Positions 9,813 through 19,202 of a stretch of 64,000 nt of DNA are shown piece after piece. The stretch is taken from the NCBI GenBank assembly GCA_019058295.1, contig JAHPZI010000001.1:60686-124685 (forward strand), read 5' to 3'. The DNA is from Promethearchaeota archaeon. Its GTDB lineage: Archaea > Asgardarchaeota > Lokiarchaeia > Sigyniarchaeales > SOKP01. Within the stretch, counting starts at the first letter, position 1. Every line of letters begins with the position of its first letter. Below the pieces are notes generated by a model. The model saw only the letters and a program-made list of their open reading frames with translations. It made no database searches and was not told where the DNA came from. The translations under genes were made by a program, and so were the position numbers.

Positions 9813-11714
9813 TTATAGATATTTTTCTAACCCAAGTTCTTTTACTTTATCTTGAGTAGGTAGACCATTCTCTTTATCCCAACCTCGTTCGTCATAATAA
9901 TCGTCGAGTAGTTGGTTTGCGATGTCATGAGTAATCTTAGTTTCACCAAAAAAATCTATAAACTCTAGCTCATTAACCCCAAATTTTAATGGTTTGAACC
10001 ATCCTTTAGGAAACTTGTCGTCTTTTCGTGAAAATCCTTCCTTCATATTCATTATTTTCATTAAATTCCACGTACGTTCAGCAGCCATTCTCAAATCCTC
10101 CGAACTCCTCTCGAACCCCGTTACAGCGTTATAGAATTCTGATGCAGATTCCAGCCCCCAAAAGCGATTCATTTGAGCTCTCGCACACAGCCCTAAAGAT
10201 GTTAACACAGTATACCAATCTTCAGAATAGCGCGTTAATCTGCCCACATTTACAATCATTTCAGGAAAAGGCGGAGAAAAAAGCCTTTTTATAGCAGATT
10301 CAGGGATGCCCATTCGCTTGAAATGAGCTATAAATTTATCCTTGGAAGAACCAGCACCAACATAAGTGGGAGACCCTCCAGAAGCTACATGAGCACCTTT
10401 AGGGTTTACAACCTGTTCAAATTCCATTGTGCCAAGATGTAAAAATCGAGGCTCGAAAATTACATCTAGACCTTTAACAACCAGCATTTCCTCACCAATA
10501 TCATCGTAAGTTTCAGCTAATTTATTCCATCCATCCGCCAAGATGTCTCCAAATCCTTTTCTATGTGTAATCATTTCAATTAATTGAATAAATGTATTGT
10601 AATCCGCACTCCACTCTATTTTCGTGTTTTCCTTAGTAAAAATTCCTTCCTTATACAATTTATTACAAAATTCTAAAAGTGAAACCATGGTTAACGAATC
10701 CAAACCATATCTATTTATCAAATCAAACGTTTTAATTGCTTCAGTATAAGATTTTAATCCTTCGAACATAAACATCAAAAATGGATTAATAACCGAAGAA
10801 GTATAATTAATTAGCCCTGCAAAGTCGCCCTCTTTAAGTTCAAGAATATCTTTATCACCCATTGGACATGAAGGACATGCGATACGTCGCTTTTTTAATT
10901 TTTTAAGATAGAATCTATCTGTACATTGTCGAGCCTTTTTGTTTTGCCCAGACGCTTTTAACATCATTCCGACAGGCAGACTTCTTAACATTCCTAGCTC
11001 GTGCCAAGATTCTCGATGAGGATAGGTTCGGATGCGCTCAAAAAGATTTTTATATAGTTTGTTGAATTCTTTGGGTTGTGCGATAGAAATGCCTTTAGAT
11101 CCTTTTGCTACGATTGCTTTTAGGTTTTTGGATCCCATAATCGCAGCCAACCCTCCACGACCGAAAGTAGAAGTTCTATCGATTAAAGTCAATGAGGAAA
11201 AAACTAAATTTTCGCCCGCTTGACCGATTGCGATAGTGCCGCAGGATTCATATTTTTTTATAAGAGCATCGTGCGTTTCTACGATATCATTACCCCACAA
11301 TTGTCTGGCATCGCAAATTTCGACATGGTCGTCCCAAATTAGTAAATATACAGGTTTATCCGACTTTCCAGAGATTATAACATGGTCAAATCCAGCGTGT
11401 TTCAATTGAAAACCAAAGCTCATACTTCCGCAGGAATTAGCAATTGCGCCGGTTGCGGGAAATCTCGAGATAGCAACAGTCCGCGAGGCACCTGGCGTAG
11501 CAGTCCCGACTAAAGGTCCAGTGCCAATAATAATTAGGTTTTCAGCAGATAAAGGGTCGATATTAGGCTTAAACCGTTCAGCAAAAAGTTTGCAATTTAT
11601 TCCTATTCCACCTATAAATTGTTTTAGGTCCTCTAGATTTTCTTTAGTAAGCGAAATTTTGTTGTCCGTTAAATTTACATTAAGAATATTGCCTGTGTAG
11701 CCGTGCCATTCCAT
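9813..11714 (-). CDS. aor: aldehyde ferredoxin oxidoreductase family (W/Mo) protein
   Basis: GYTGNILNVNLT, GRGGLAAIMGSKNLKAI, YY.ERGWD..G.PT motifs; true start is ATG 11714, overlapping the upstream stop (TAATG). Confidence 0.85.
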   Translation of the reverse strand: MEWHGYTGNILNVNLTDNKISLTKENLEDLKQFIGGIGINCKLFAERFKPNIDPLSAENLIIIGTGPLVGTATPGASRTVAISRFPATGAIANSCGSMSFGFQLKHAGFDHVIISGKSDKPVYLLIWDDHVEICDARQLWGNDIVETHDALIKKYESCGTIAIGQAGENLVFSSLTLIDRTSTFGRGGLAAIMGSKNLKAIVAKGSKGISIAQPKEFNKLYKNLFERIRTYPHRESWHELGMLRSLPVGMMLKASGQNKKARQCTDRFYLKKLKKRRIACPSCPMGDKDILELKEGDFAGLINYTSSVINPFLMFMFEGLKSYTEAIKTFDLINRYGLDSLTMVSLLEFCNKLYKEGIFTKENTKIEWSADYNTFIQLIEMITHRKGFGDILADGWNKLAETYDDIGEEMLVVKGLDVIFEPRFLHLGTMEFEQVVNPKGAHVASGGSPTYVGAGSSKDKFIAHFKRMGIPESAIKRLFSPPFPEMIVNVGRLTRYSEDWYTVLTSLGLCARAQMNRFWGLESASEFYNAVTGFERSSEDLRMAAERTWNLMKIMNMKEGFSRKDDKFPKGWFKPLKFGVNELEFIDFFGETKITHDIANQLLDDYYDERGWDKENGLPTQDKVKELGLEKYL

Positions 11715-11959
11715 TATTGCTCCACCTCCTTTAGTTCTAACGCTCCATAAAGGCAGTGTTGAGCACATTGATTACAGTGAGTGCACCCCTCTAAAAATAA
11801 AATTTTTGGCGTTAAGCTATATTGATTCGAAATCTGAATAAACGCTTCTGAGGGAGAAAATATTTGTTTATGAACATAGGAACAATTTAGTTGGCAAATA
11901 AGGCATCCAGTACATTTTTCCTCATGGACGATGATTTCATAGAGAATTTTATTAACCAT
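11714..11959 (-). CDS. 4Fe-4S ferredoxin subunit of the AOR operon
   Basis: CTGCLICQLNC and CTHCNQCAQHC; translationally coupled to aor. Confidence 0.85.
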   Translation of the reverse strand: MVNKILYEIIVHEEKCTGCLICQLNCSYVHKQIFSPSEAFIQISNQYSLTPKILFLEGCTHCNQCAQHCLYGALELKEVEQ

Positions 11960-12054
11960 AATAATACCTTATTATTTCAATTAAAATATAAAACCATCGA
12001 TACTTATATAATAAAATATTTTAATGCGCTTTTGCATAAAATCGAGATTGAATT

Positions 12055-12822
12055 TCAACTTGTTGGTGTTGGTTTTTCTTTTATCTCTAGTTTTAGCATT
12101 TTTTGTACCCAATCGGGCATTACAAATCCCATGTAGAAAAAGAGAGCTGTCAATAATAAAATTATTCTAATTAGCACTAAAAATATTGGATCAGGTGTAA
12201 ATAAAGCATCTATAGGAGCCCCAATCATAAAACATATTAATGATATTAATATAAATCTACCTCTCCATTGAATCTTTGGATCATCCTTTGTTCTTATTGA
12301 CGCGATAGCAAAATGTAAAAATGTAGGAGCGCCAATAAGCAGAAGAACTGCTATAAAAATTAGGACAAAACCTCTATATTCAATATCTAACTCTGTTTTT
12401 TTAATTCCAATCATATAATCTATTGGTGCACCTGGGGCAAAAAACAAAAAATAAAACACATATACATAAAAGATTATTGAAGCTATCCCAGTAATGATTA
12501 AAACATATTTTTTCCAATTTGGATATAATAAAGAAGTGTAAATATAGAACCACATTAAAAATGCAATAGGGATGCCCATTGTGCCTAATAATATATAAAT
12601 TTCATAAGCAATTATTTTTCCAGTGATGAGCCAATATAAATATCCAAATCCGCTTGGCATCCAAGGTGTATTTATAAATAACATAAATAAACAGAATGCA
12701 TAAAGTAGCTTATTTTTTCGCCTTATCGCAATACTTAAAACGAAAATAGCTAAAATGAGTGTAAAGCATATTGAAATTAAAATAAGTAACCCAGCAAGTT
12801 GAGTTGATTGGTCCATTTTCAC
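12055..12822 (-). CDS. multi-pass (about 7 TM) membrane protein
   Basis: Seven hydrophobic segments; similar layout to 63266..63994. Confidence 0.7.
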   Translation of the reverse strand: MKMDQSTQLAGLLILISICFTLILAIFVLSIAIRRKNKLLYAFCLFMLFINTPWMPSGFGYLYWLITGKIIAYEIYILLGTMGIPIAFLMWFYIYTSLLYPNWKKYVLIITGIASIIFYVYVFYFLFFAPGAPIDYMIGIKKTELDIEYRGFVLIFIAVLLLIGAPTFLHFAIASIRTKDDPKIQWRGRFILISLICFMIGAPIDALFTPDPIFLVLIRIILLLTALFFYMGFVMPDWVQKMLKLEIKEKPTPTS

Positions 12823-12933
12823 AACAACATTGAAATATAACTAAGTTCGCAAGGATTAATTATTATTTATGTTACTTTTTAATATAAATTATACTATTTT
12901 GTGATAAGTATTTAATATGGCGAAAAACGAAAT

Positions 12934-14604
12934 TTATCGCCATTCAGCTCCACACATGCCACATTTATATTTCTTACCGTATAATCCTGCCACAGCTGAA
13001 ATAATTTTGGTCTTGTCAGGCATTTCTCGAATGAGCAGTTTATTAGTATTTCCGCATTTCGGACATAATCTTCTCCCAGTAGACGATTCAAGAATTACTT
13101 CTTCTTGTTCTTGAGTTGAGGTAGGTTCACTCGTTTCTGATAATTTTTCTGATTCCACAAGTTCCACAGGTTCCAAAAGTTCGCTTGGTTCGCTTATTTC
13201 ACTTGGTTCGCTTATTTCACTTGGTTCGCTTATTTCACTTGGTTCACTTGGTTCAAATTTGGGCGGAGGTGAGATTTCGGGCTCACTTGTTGGCTCTTCA
13301 ATCCATTCGCTTATTTCAGTTTCTTCGCTTTTTTCAGGCTCTTCGCTTAGTTCACTTGCTTCATCATAGGAAAGAGGTAAGGTTTCGGGCTCAATCGCTT
13401 GCTCTTCAATCCATTCGCTTATTTCAGTTTCTTCGCTTTTTTCACTTACTTCTTGCTGTGGAATTTGGCCAGATTCTTCAATTGAATCTATAACTTGATC
13501 TCGTGCTTTTATTCTCTCTTGTACAATTCCTTTAGGAATTGAGATAACATTTTGATCCTCCATTACATTAGTTTCGGGAGCCACATGTTTCGATTCTACA
13601 TCAACATGTAATAAAAGTGCTGCTTTTAACATCTTATTTTTTTCATCTAGATTTTTGTTTTCATTCTCTAATTCAGCAACTTTTTTTTCCAATTCAATAA
13701 TATTATTTTCATAATTAGTAATAGTTGATTGGTCAATTGCAGGAGTTTGTTCGATTTCACGTAAAGCTTTGTTTTTCTCTTCTAAATCGGAAATTGTTTC
13801 AAGTAATCCATCAATTTTATCCTGCAGGTCAGCAACGATTGCCTCTCGTTCAGATTTCATTTTTTCTATATTTTTGCTATGTGTTTCATTGACTTCTTCT
13901 AAGGAGGAAATTTGATCCACATATTCAATAATTTTAAGATTCATATTATCAATAACTTCTTGGTTGATTTCTACACTATCGATAACTTCTTGAAGTTTTT
14001 CTTTTTCCTCTTCTAAATCAGCAATTTTTTTATTTAAGCCAGCAATTTCATTTTCAAAATTTGATTTTTCTTCCTTTAGGGCGTCCACTGAATCCAAGTC
14101 ATTTTCTACTACTGAAGTATCTTTTGCCGTATCCATATTTTGTAGAAGTATTTCATTTTTCTCCTCCAAATCAGCAATTTTTTTATTTAAGCCAGCAATT
14201 TCATTTTCAAAATTTGATTTTTCTTCCTTTAGGGCGTCGATTAAATTCAGGGCATTCTCAAAATTTGAATTTTCTTTTAACTCATCAATGATTTTTCTAG
14301 ATTTTTCAAGTTCCGATTTTAATTCATCAATTTTAGATTCCAACGCTTTAATATTACTCTCTTTTTTGCCTATTTCATCTCTTTGCGACGTAACCATATC
14401 CTTTAAGATTTTGACGTCTTCCGCATCAACGCTCATACTTTTAGAACTAATATCGTTTTCTATAATTAATGATTTCTGCTCCGGTATTTGCCCCCCCAAA
14501 CTTATAATCTCGTCTTGTAATTGTTTAATAGTGTTTTCTAATTCTAAACGATGTTTCAGTTCTCGTTCTGCTGATTCAATAAAATCTTTTACCTCTTTAC
14601 TCAT
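12934..14604 (-). CDS. long coiled-coil protein with acidic repeat linker and C-terminal zinc ribbon
   Basis: Heptad-rich N-terminal ~330 aa, EPSEIS repeats, CPKC...CGMC. Confidence 0.75.
   Translation of the reverse strand: MSKEVKDFIESAERELKHRLELENTIKQLQDEIISLGGQIPEQKSLIIENDISSKSMSVDAEDVKILKDMVTSQRDEIGKKESNIKALESKIDELKSELEKSRKIIDELKENSNFENALNLIDALKEEKSNFENEIAGLNKKIADLEEKNEILLQNMDTAKDTSVVENDLDSVDALKEEKSNFENEIAGLNKKIADLEEEKEKLQEVIDSVEINQEVIDNMNLKIIEYVDQISSLEEVNETHSKNIEKMKSEREAIVADLQDKIDGLLETISDLEEKNKALREIEQTPAIDQSTITNYENNIIELEKKVAELENENKNLDEKNKMLKAALLLHVDVESKHVAPETNVMEDQNVISIPKGIVQERIKARDQVIDSIEESGQIPQQEVSEKSEETEISEWIEEQAIEPETLPLSYDEASELSEEPEKSEETEISEWIEEPTSEPEISPPPKFEPSEPSEISEPSEISEPSEISEPSELLEPVELVESEKLSETSEPTSTQEQEEVILESSTGRRLCPKCGNTNKLLIREMPDKTKIISAVAGLYGKKYKCGMCGAEWR
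13184..13255. repeat. 18-bp tandem repeat x3 plus two 9-bp half units
   Basis: cttggttcgcttatttca x3 then cttggttca x2, encoding EPSEIS units on the minus strand. Confidence 0.9.
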
Positions 14605-14751
14605 TTTATAAAACTCTTGATTTTTTTTACAAAAAAAAGATTAATTTAATAAAAAATAAGAAAATCATTATTAAAAAATTTAAGGAAATAGTAATGATAA
14701 ATTATGAATTTAGATATTTTAAAGAATAAACGTAGGATTTTAAAAACTATG

Positions 14752-15927
14752 TTATTTTTTTAGCATTTCTTTCTCTTTTCTGAATTTTCTTTTCTCTATT
14801 CTTTTTTTGACAACGCAAAATACTTCGCCTCTCATCATTGTGGTAAAACAAGAATTACAGCTTTTACAAAGTGCGGGAGATAAATCACCACTCTTCCAAC
14901 GATTTGGTAGGTCTGGTTCATAAAGCAATGCTCTACACATAGATATAAAATCAGCGTGATTCTCTTTTAGAATTTTTTCTGCAGATATGGGATTTTTAAT
15001 ACCGCCTACAAGAATTAATTGACAATTATTCATGATTGGTTTTAATTTTTTAGCAGTAGATAAAAAATAATTCTCATCCTCCGGAGTTTTAATCACATTG
15101 CTGGGGTACGCCTTTTTTAATTCTCTCATTGATTCTAGCATTGACTCTCCACCACCTCCGCTAGTTTCAATTGCGTCATATCCCACATCTACAAGAATTT
15201 TCGTAATTTCTTTTGCTTCATTTACGGTGAGACCCCCTGAAATAAAATCTTGTGTTTGTAATTTAATAATTATCGGAAAATTTTTCCCAATCTCATCCCT
15301 AAGTTGATTGTAAATATCGACTAAAATTTTAGTCCGTTTTTGAGTATCACCTCCATACTCATCATTACGCTTATTTGCGAAGGTAGAAATAAAATCGCTA
15401 AGTAAATAACCATGAGCAGCATGCACTTGTACCATATCATAACCGATCTCATAGGCTCTACGACCTGCATCTACAAATCTTTCAATAATAGCTCTAATTT
15501 CTTCTACAGTTAATTCTCGAGGTATTAACTTTGTATATTTATTAGGAATTGGGGAAGGTCCAACAGGGGGATATCTTGGATCAATCAATTGACGACCAAT
15601 ATGAACAAATTGTGGAGCAATTCTAACCTCAGAATAATCGTGAACCGCTTTAACTAATTTTTTTTGTCCTGGTATAAAAGAATCGTCGTATAAATTGGTT
15701 TGGTCTGGGGATCCAGAACTTTTAGGATCAACAGCAATAGCCCCTGTGATTATTAATCCTGTTCCCCCTTGGGCTAAATCTGTGTATAATTTTATAAGTC
15801 GGTCAGTTACATACCCATCTTTGGTTGCCCTTCTTTCATAGGTCCCAGATCGGACAATTCTATTTTTAATTTGGACGTTTCTAATTTTTCCAGAACTAAA
15901 AAGGTATTTTAATTCTATTTTAATCAC
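14752..15927 (-). CDS. NADH:flavin oxidoreductase (Old Yellow Enzyme family)
   Basis: KNRIVRS, HAAHGYLLSDF, NKRNDEYGG, C-terminal CKSCNSC. Confidence 0.9.
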   Translation of the reverse strand: MIKIELKYLFSSGKIRNVQIKNRIVRSGTYERRATKDGYVTDRLIKLYTDLAQGGTGLIITGAIAVDPKSSGSPDQTNLYDDSFIPGQKKLVKAVHDYSEVRIAPQFVHIGRQLIDPRYPPVGPSPIPNKYTKLIPRELTVEEIRAIIERFVDAGRRAYEIGYDMVQVHAAHGYLLSDFISTFANKRNDEYGGDTQKRTKILVDIYNQLRDEIGKNFPIIIKLQTQDFISGGLTVNEAKEITKILVDVGYDAIETSGGGGESMLESMRELKKAYPSNVIKTPEDENYFLSTAKKLKPIMNNCQLILVGGIKNPISAEKILKENHADFISMCRALLYEPDLPNRWKSGDLSPALCKSCNSCFTTMMRGEVFCVVKKRIEKRKFRKEKEMLKK

Positions 15928-15991
15928 CCATAGTTAGAAAAAGTTCTATAAATAATTCAAATTTATTCTAAAAAAGTATTAAATGATTTAT

Positions 15992-16876
15992 TTATTTCAT
16001 TTTAGCGATTTCTTCGTTTATTTGTCGCATACGCTCCTCTATACTTTCAATACCCAATTTTTGCGCAAATTCTTCAAGTTTTTCTGTATCTTGGTCTAAA
16101 ATTCTTCTCCATATTAACCCGCCATCAACGACGAGAGCATGCCCAGAAACAAAATTAGAATCCTCACTAGCTAACCAGAGAGCAGCTTTGGCGATGTCTT
16201 CCGGGAGACCAGCTCGTTTAATTGGTTGTATCTCATTTAAAAGGATTTTTGCCAATACTGCTAACCGTTCTGCCTTATCTTGTGGCAATCCGATTCCTTT
16301 TCCAAAGATTGGTGTTGCAATTCCTCCAGGACAAATAGAATTCACACGAATATTATGTTCACCTACTTCCTCAGCAACTGTACGAGTTAGATGGATGATT
16401 GCTGCCTTGGCAGCGCTGTAAACATGAGGTGCCATGCCAGTTCTGAGTCCTGCCACACTGGCAGTGCTAATTATACAACCCGATCCTTGTTTTTTCATCA
16501 CTGGAATTGCATTTTTCATTCCGAGAAATACGCTGCGGAACATTACTTCCATAGTCACATCGAATGCATCTGTAGGTATATCTTCAATCGGCCCTCCAGC
16601 ACCTCCAAAACCTGCGTTATTAAACATAACATCAAGGCGTCCGAATTTTTCCACAGCAAAATCGATGGCAGCCTTGATTTCAGATTCATTACGTACATTC
16701 GTATGAAGATATATCGCATTTGATCCGAGCTCTTCGGCAAGGGCTTTACCTCTCTCATCTTGTATATCGCCAAATATAACACGAGCTCCCTCTTCAATAA
16801 ATAGACGAACAGAGGCCTTACCTATACCACTTGCTCCACCTGTTATTATAACTACCTTATCATCAAGTCTACCCAT
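15992..16876 (-). CDS. short-chain dehydrogenase/reductase
   Basis: TGGASGIG, NNAG, YSAAK. Confidence 0.9.
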   Translation of the reverse strand: MGRLDDKVVIITGGASGIGKASVRLFIEEGARVIFGDIQDERGKALAEELGSNAIYLHTNVRNESEIKAAIDFAVEKFGRLDVMFNNAGFGGAGGPIEDIPTDAFDVTMEVMFRSVFLGMKNAIPVMKKQGSGCIISTASVAGLRTGMAPHVYSAAKAAIIHLTRTVAEEVGEHNIRVNSICPGGIATPIFGKGIGLPQDKAERLAVLAKILLNEIQPIKRAGLPEDIAKAALWLASEDSNFVSGHALVVDGGLIWRRILDQDTEKLEEFAQKLGIESIEERMRQINEEIAKMK

Positions 16877-17035
16877 TTTAACACATCATTTTTTCTAATA
16901 AAATTTATTTAAATTTGATTTTCTAAATATTCCTTAAATTAAAATTGTAATGTATGATGGATTTTGGATATCTTATTTTTTATATTTAATTATTTAATTA
17001 TTTATATTTCTTCTCCTTATTATTTATATTAATTA

Positions 17036-17998
17036 TTGATTTTACGACTGATTATTATGAAGAAATTAAAGGGTAAGAATTGTCTTATTACGGGTGCTGC
17101 CTCTGGAATAGGGCGTCAATTAGCACTCCAATTGGCAAAAGAGGGAATGAATCTTTTTCTTTCTGATATTGTTATGGATAAGTTAGAAGAAGTCAAGGAA
17201 GAAATTGAAAAAATGGGAAATAAGGTATTTATTTGTAAATGTGATGTTTCTAAGTTCGATGAGATGCAACACTTAGCTGATGTATTTTTCAAGAAATATG
17301 AAGACTTAGACTTATTAATTAATAATGTTGGCATTGCAGGTGGTGGATTTATTGAAGCAATTGAATTAAGCGAATGGAAAAGGGTTTTTGAGGTGAATTT
17401 TTGGTCTATTGTTTATGCAATTAAGATCTTTTTACCAAAAATGCTTGAAAGAGGTTCAGGTCATTTTGTGAGTACAGGTTCTGGTGCTGGGATTGTGGGA
17501 TTACCAGCACATCCTCATTACGTAGCATCGAAATTTGCCGTTGTTGGGCTTACTGAAGCTTTATATAGCGAATTGTATAATTCTGGGATCAATTTTTCTG
17601 TAATCTGTCCAATTCGTGTGAATACAAACATAGGTATGACAAGTCCAATAACTATAGATCCTAGTTTATTAACAGAAACAGATCCAGAAGAAATTAAAAA
17701 GAAATTTCAGACTTTTAGGGAGATCTGGTGGGAGGATTATTTTTCTATGGCGATAGAACCAGAGTATGCGGCTAAAAAGTATATAAAAGGGATAAAAAAA
17801 AACAAGTTATATATTTTTGATAAACGACGTGTTAGATTGGCTATGTTTATTAAAGCTGTGGGTCTTAAACATGTGTATAAAGCTGTTTTAAGAAAACTAA
17901 GTGAAGAGGATATTTCTGCCATTGAAAAGGGACTCGTTGAATCTGGATTATCTACAAGAGACCATCTATTAAAAGAATTAGGCAATAGGATTATGTAA
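17036..17998 (+). CDS. short-chain dehydrogenase/reductase
   Basis: TGAASGIG, YVASK; probable start ATG 17057. Confidence 0.9.
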   Translation: MILRLIIMKKLKGKNCLITGAASGIGRQLALQLAKEGMNLFLSDIVMDKLEEVKEEIEKMGNKVFICKCDVSKFDEMQHLADVFFKKYEDLDLLINNVGIAGGGFIEAIELSEWKRVFEVNFWSIVYAIKIFLPKMLERGSGHFVSTGSGAGIVGLPAHPHYVASKFAVVGLTEALYSELYNSGINFSVICPIRVNTNIGMTSPITIDPSLLTETDPEEIKKKFQTFREIWWEDYFSMAIEPEYAAKKYIKGIKKNKLYIFDKRRVRLAMFIKAVGLKHVYKAVLRKLSEEDISAIEKGLVESGLSTRDHLLKELGNRIM

Positions 17999-18076
17999 AT
18001 CCTATATCATTTTTTTCCCTTCCATACTCTCCTTGTAATGAATATCTTTTCCCCAAAATTTTTAGATCTTTTATAA

Positions 18077-18538
18077 TTATTCTAATTCTTCTTCCAATAA
18101 TTTATCATAATCTATACCAAGGTGTAGCATTGCCTTTATATCACTTTTGAATCTCTCAAAATACACTCTCTTATCTTCAACCGGTAATTTCATTTTATCA
18201 GCATAATTACTCGTGAATCTATTTGTAATTTTAGTTGAGAATTGAATTATTTCATCAGAACTTGCTTCAATATCACATTTTATAATAATGAGATAATTTA
18301 TTTTTTCAATTCTTTTAATAAAAAATCTACCAGAACCTAACATTACTTCTTTCACTTCATTGTCCTGGACTTGAGTCGCAATGGTTTTTAAACCTTGAAG
18401 GAAATGGGATAACAGAGCAACATTGTTTTGTTTAGCACCTTGAATATAGCTTTCAAAGATGAAAATGGGCACTCCATTATCGTCAATAATGTAAATCCAA
18501 TTAATCTGATTCGATAAATATGTTAATTTCGTTGAAAT
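18077..18538 (-). CDS. longin/roadblock-like small protein
   Basis: Frame extends upstream of 18472 (WIYIIDDNGVPIF) to ATT 18538 behind AGGTG; LLSHFLQGL helix resembles longin-type domains. Confidence 0.6.
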   Translation of the reverse strand: MSTKLTYLSNQINWIYIIDDNGVPIFIFESYIQGAKQNNVALLSHFLQGLKTIATQVQDNEVKEVMLGSGRFFIKRIEKINYLIIIKCDIEASSDEIIQFSTKITNRFTSNYADKMKLPVEDKRVYFERFKSDIKAMLHLGIDYDKLLEEELE

Positions 18539-18545
18539 TTTACAC

Positions 18546-19103
18546 CTACTTCATTTGGATTAGATATTTATCAAACACGGTATAAATTGAAGTTTTAAAC
18601 AATTTATAATCAAATTCAGGAGGAATAATACCTATCAATTCGTCAATTAATTTTGATTCAACGATTTCATCAATTTTTTCAAATTTTTCCTTCTTGTTTA
18701 AATTAGGATCATACTTATGAAGGAAAATCGATAATTCTATGGGATGTCCCCATTCTTTAAGTAAATTGATGATCTTTTCACAATATTCCAATGCTAATTC
18801 ATATCTTTTAATGTCCTGGACATCAATCACAAAAATTATTTTTTTCGCGCCTTCTAAATAGTTCTTAAAATTAGTTAAATACTCTTCTCGGAACTTTTCC
18901 TGGCCTCCAAAATCCCAAATACTCATTAAGGACTCCTCCGTTTCGAATGTTTTAATATCACAACCAATAGTTGGCTTAAGTGAGCAATAGGATAAAATAT
19001 TGCTATCTTTACTTAAACTAATAAGAATAGAAGTTTTACCACTATTATCGAGCCCCATTATTAAAATTTTATATTGTTTCGGTTTAGGAGATACGCTACT
19101 CAT
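18546..19103 (-). CDS. small GTPase (Arf/Rag-like)
   Basis: G1 GLDNSGKTS, G2 PT, G3 WDFGGQ, G4 HKYD. Confidence 0.9.
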   Translation of the reverse strand: MSSVSPKPKQYKILIMGLDNSGKTSILISLSKDSNILSYCSLKPTIGCDIKTFETEESLMSIWDFGGQEKFREEYLTNFKNYLEGAKKIIFVIDVQDIKRYELALEYCEKIINLLKEWGHPIELSIFLHKYDPNLNKKEKFEKIDEIVESKLIDELIGIIPPEFDYKLFKTSIYTVFDKYLIQMK

Positions 19104-19202
19104 TTTTGAATTCCTCTTATTTTTTTAGATAATATATGCTGATAAATTATTTGTTATTAACTCATTTAATTACTTCTTATTTAAAATTTAATGTTAAGAA
19201 AA

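Noticed and set aside
11715-11768. ORF-track N-terminal extension of the AOR gene
   Set aside because: Overlaps the ferredoxin gene; the family N-terminus starts at ATG 11714.
13184-13255. Tandem repeats as a CRISPR array
   Set aside because: No spacers; in-frame coding repeats; no cas genes.
18145-18161. ttttga-atctc-tcaaaa hairpin with the same loop as the 53295 insert
   Set aside because: Antisense to its gene, lacks the AATT start, NAA ends and exon-matched 4-bp helix; protein reads normally.
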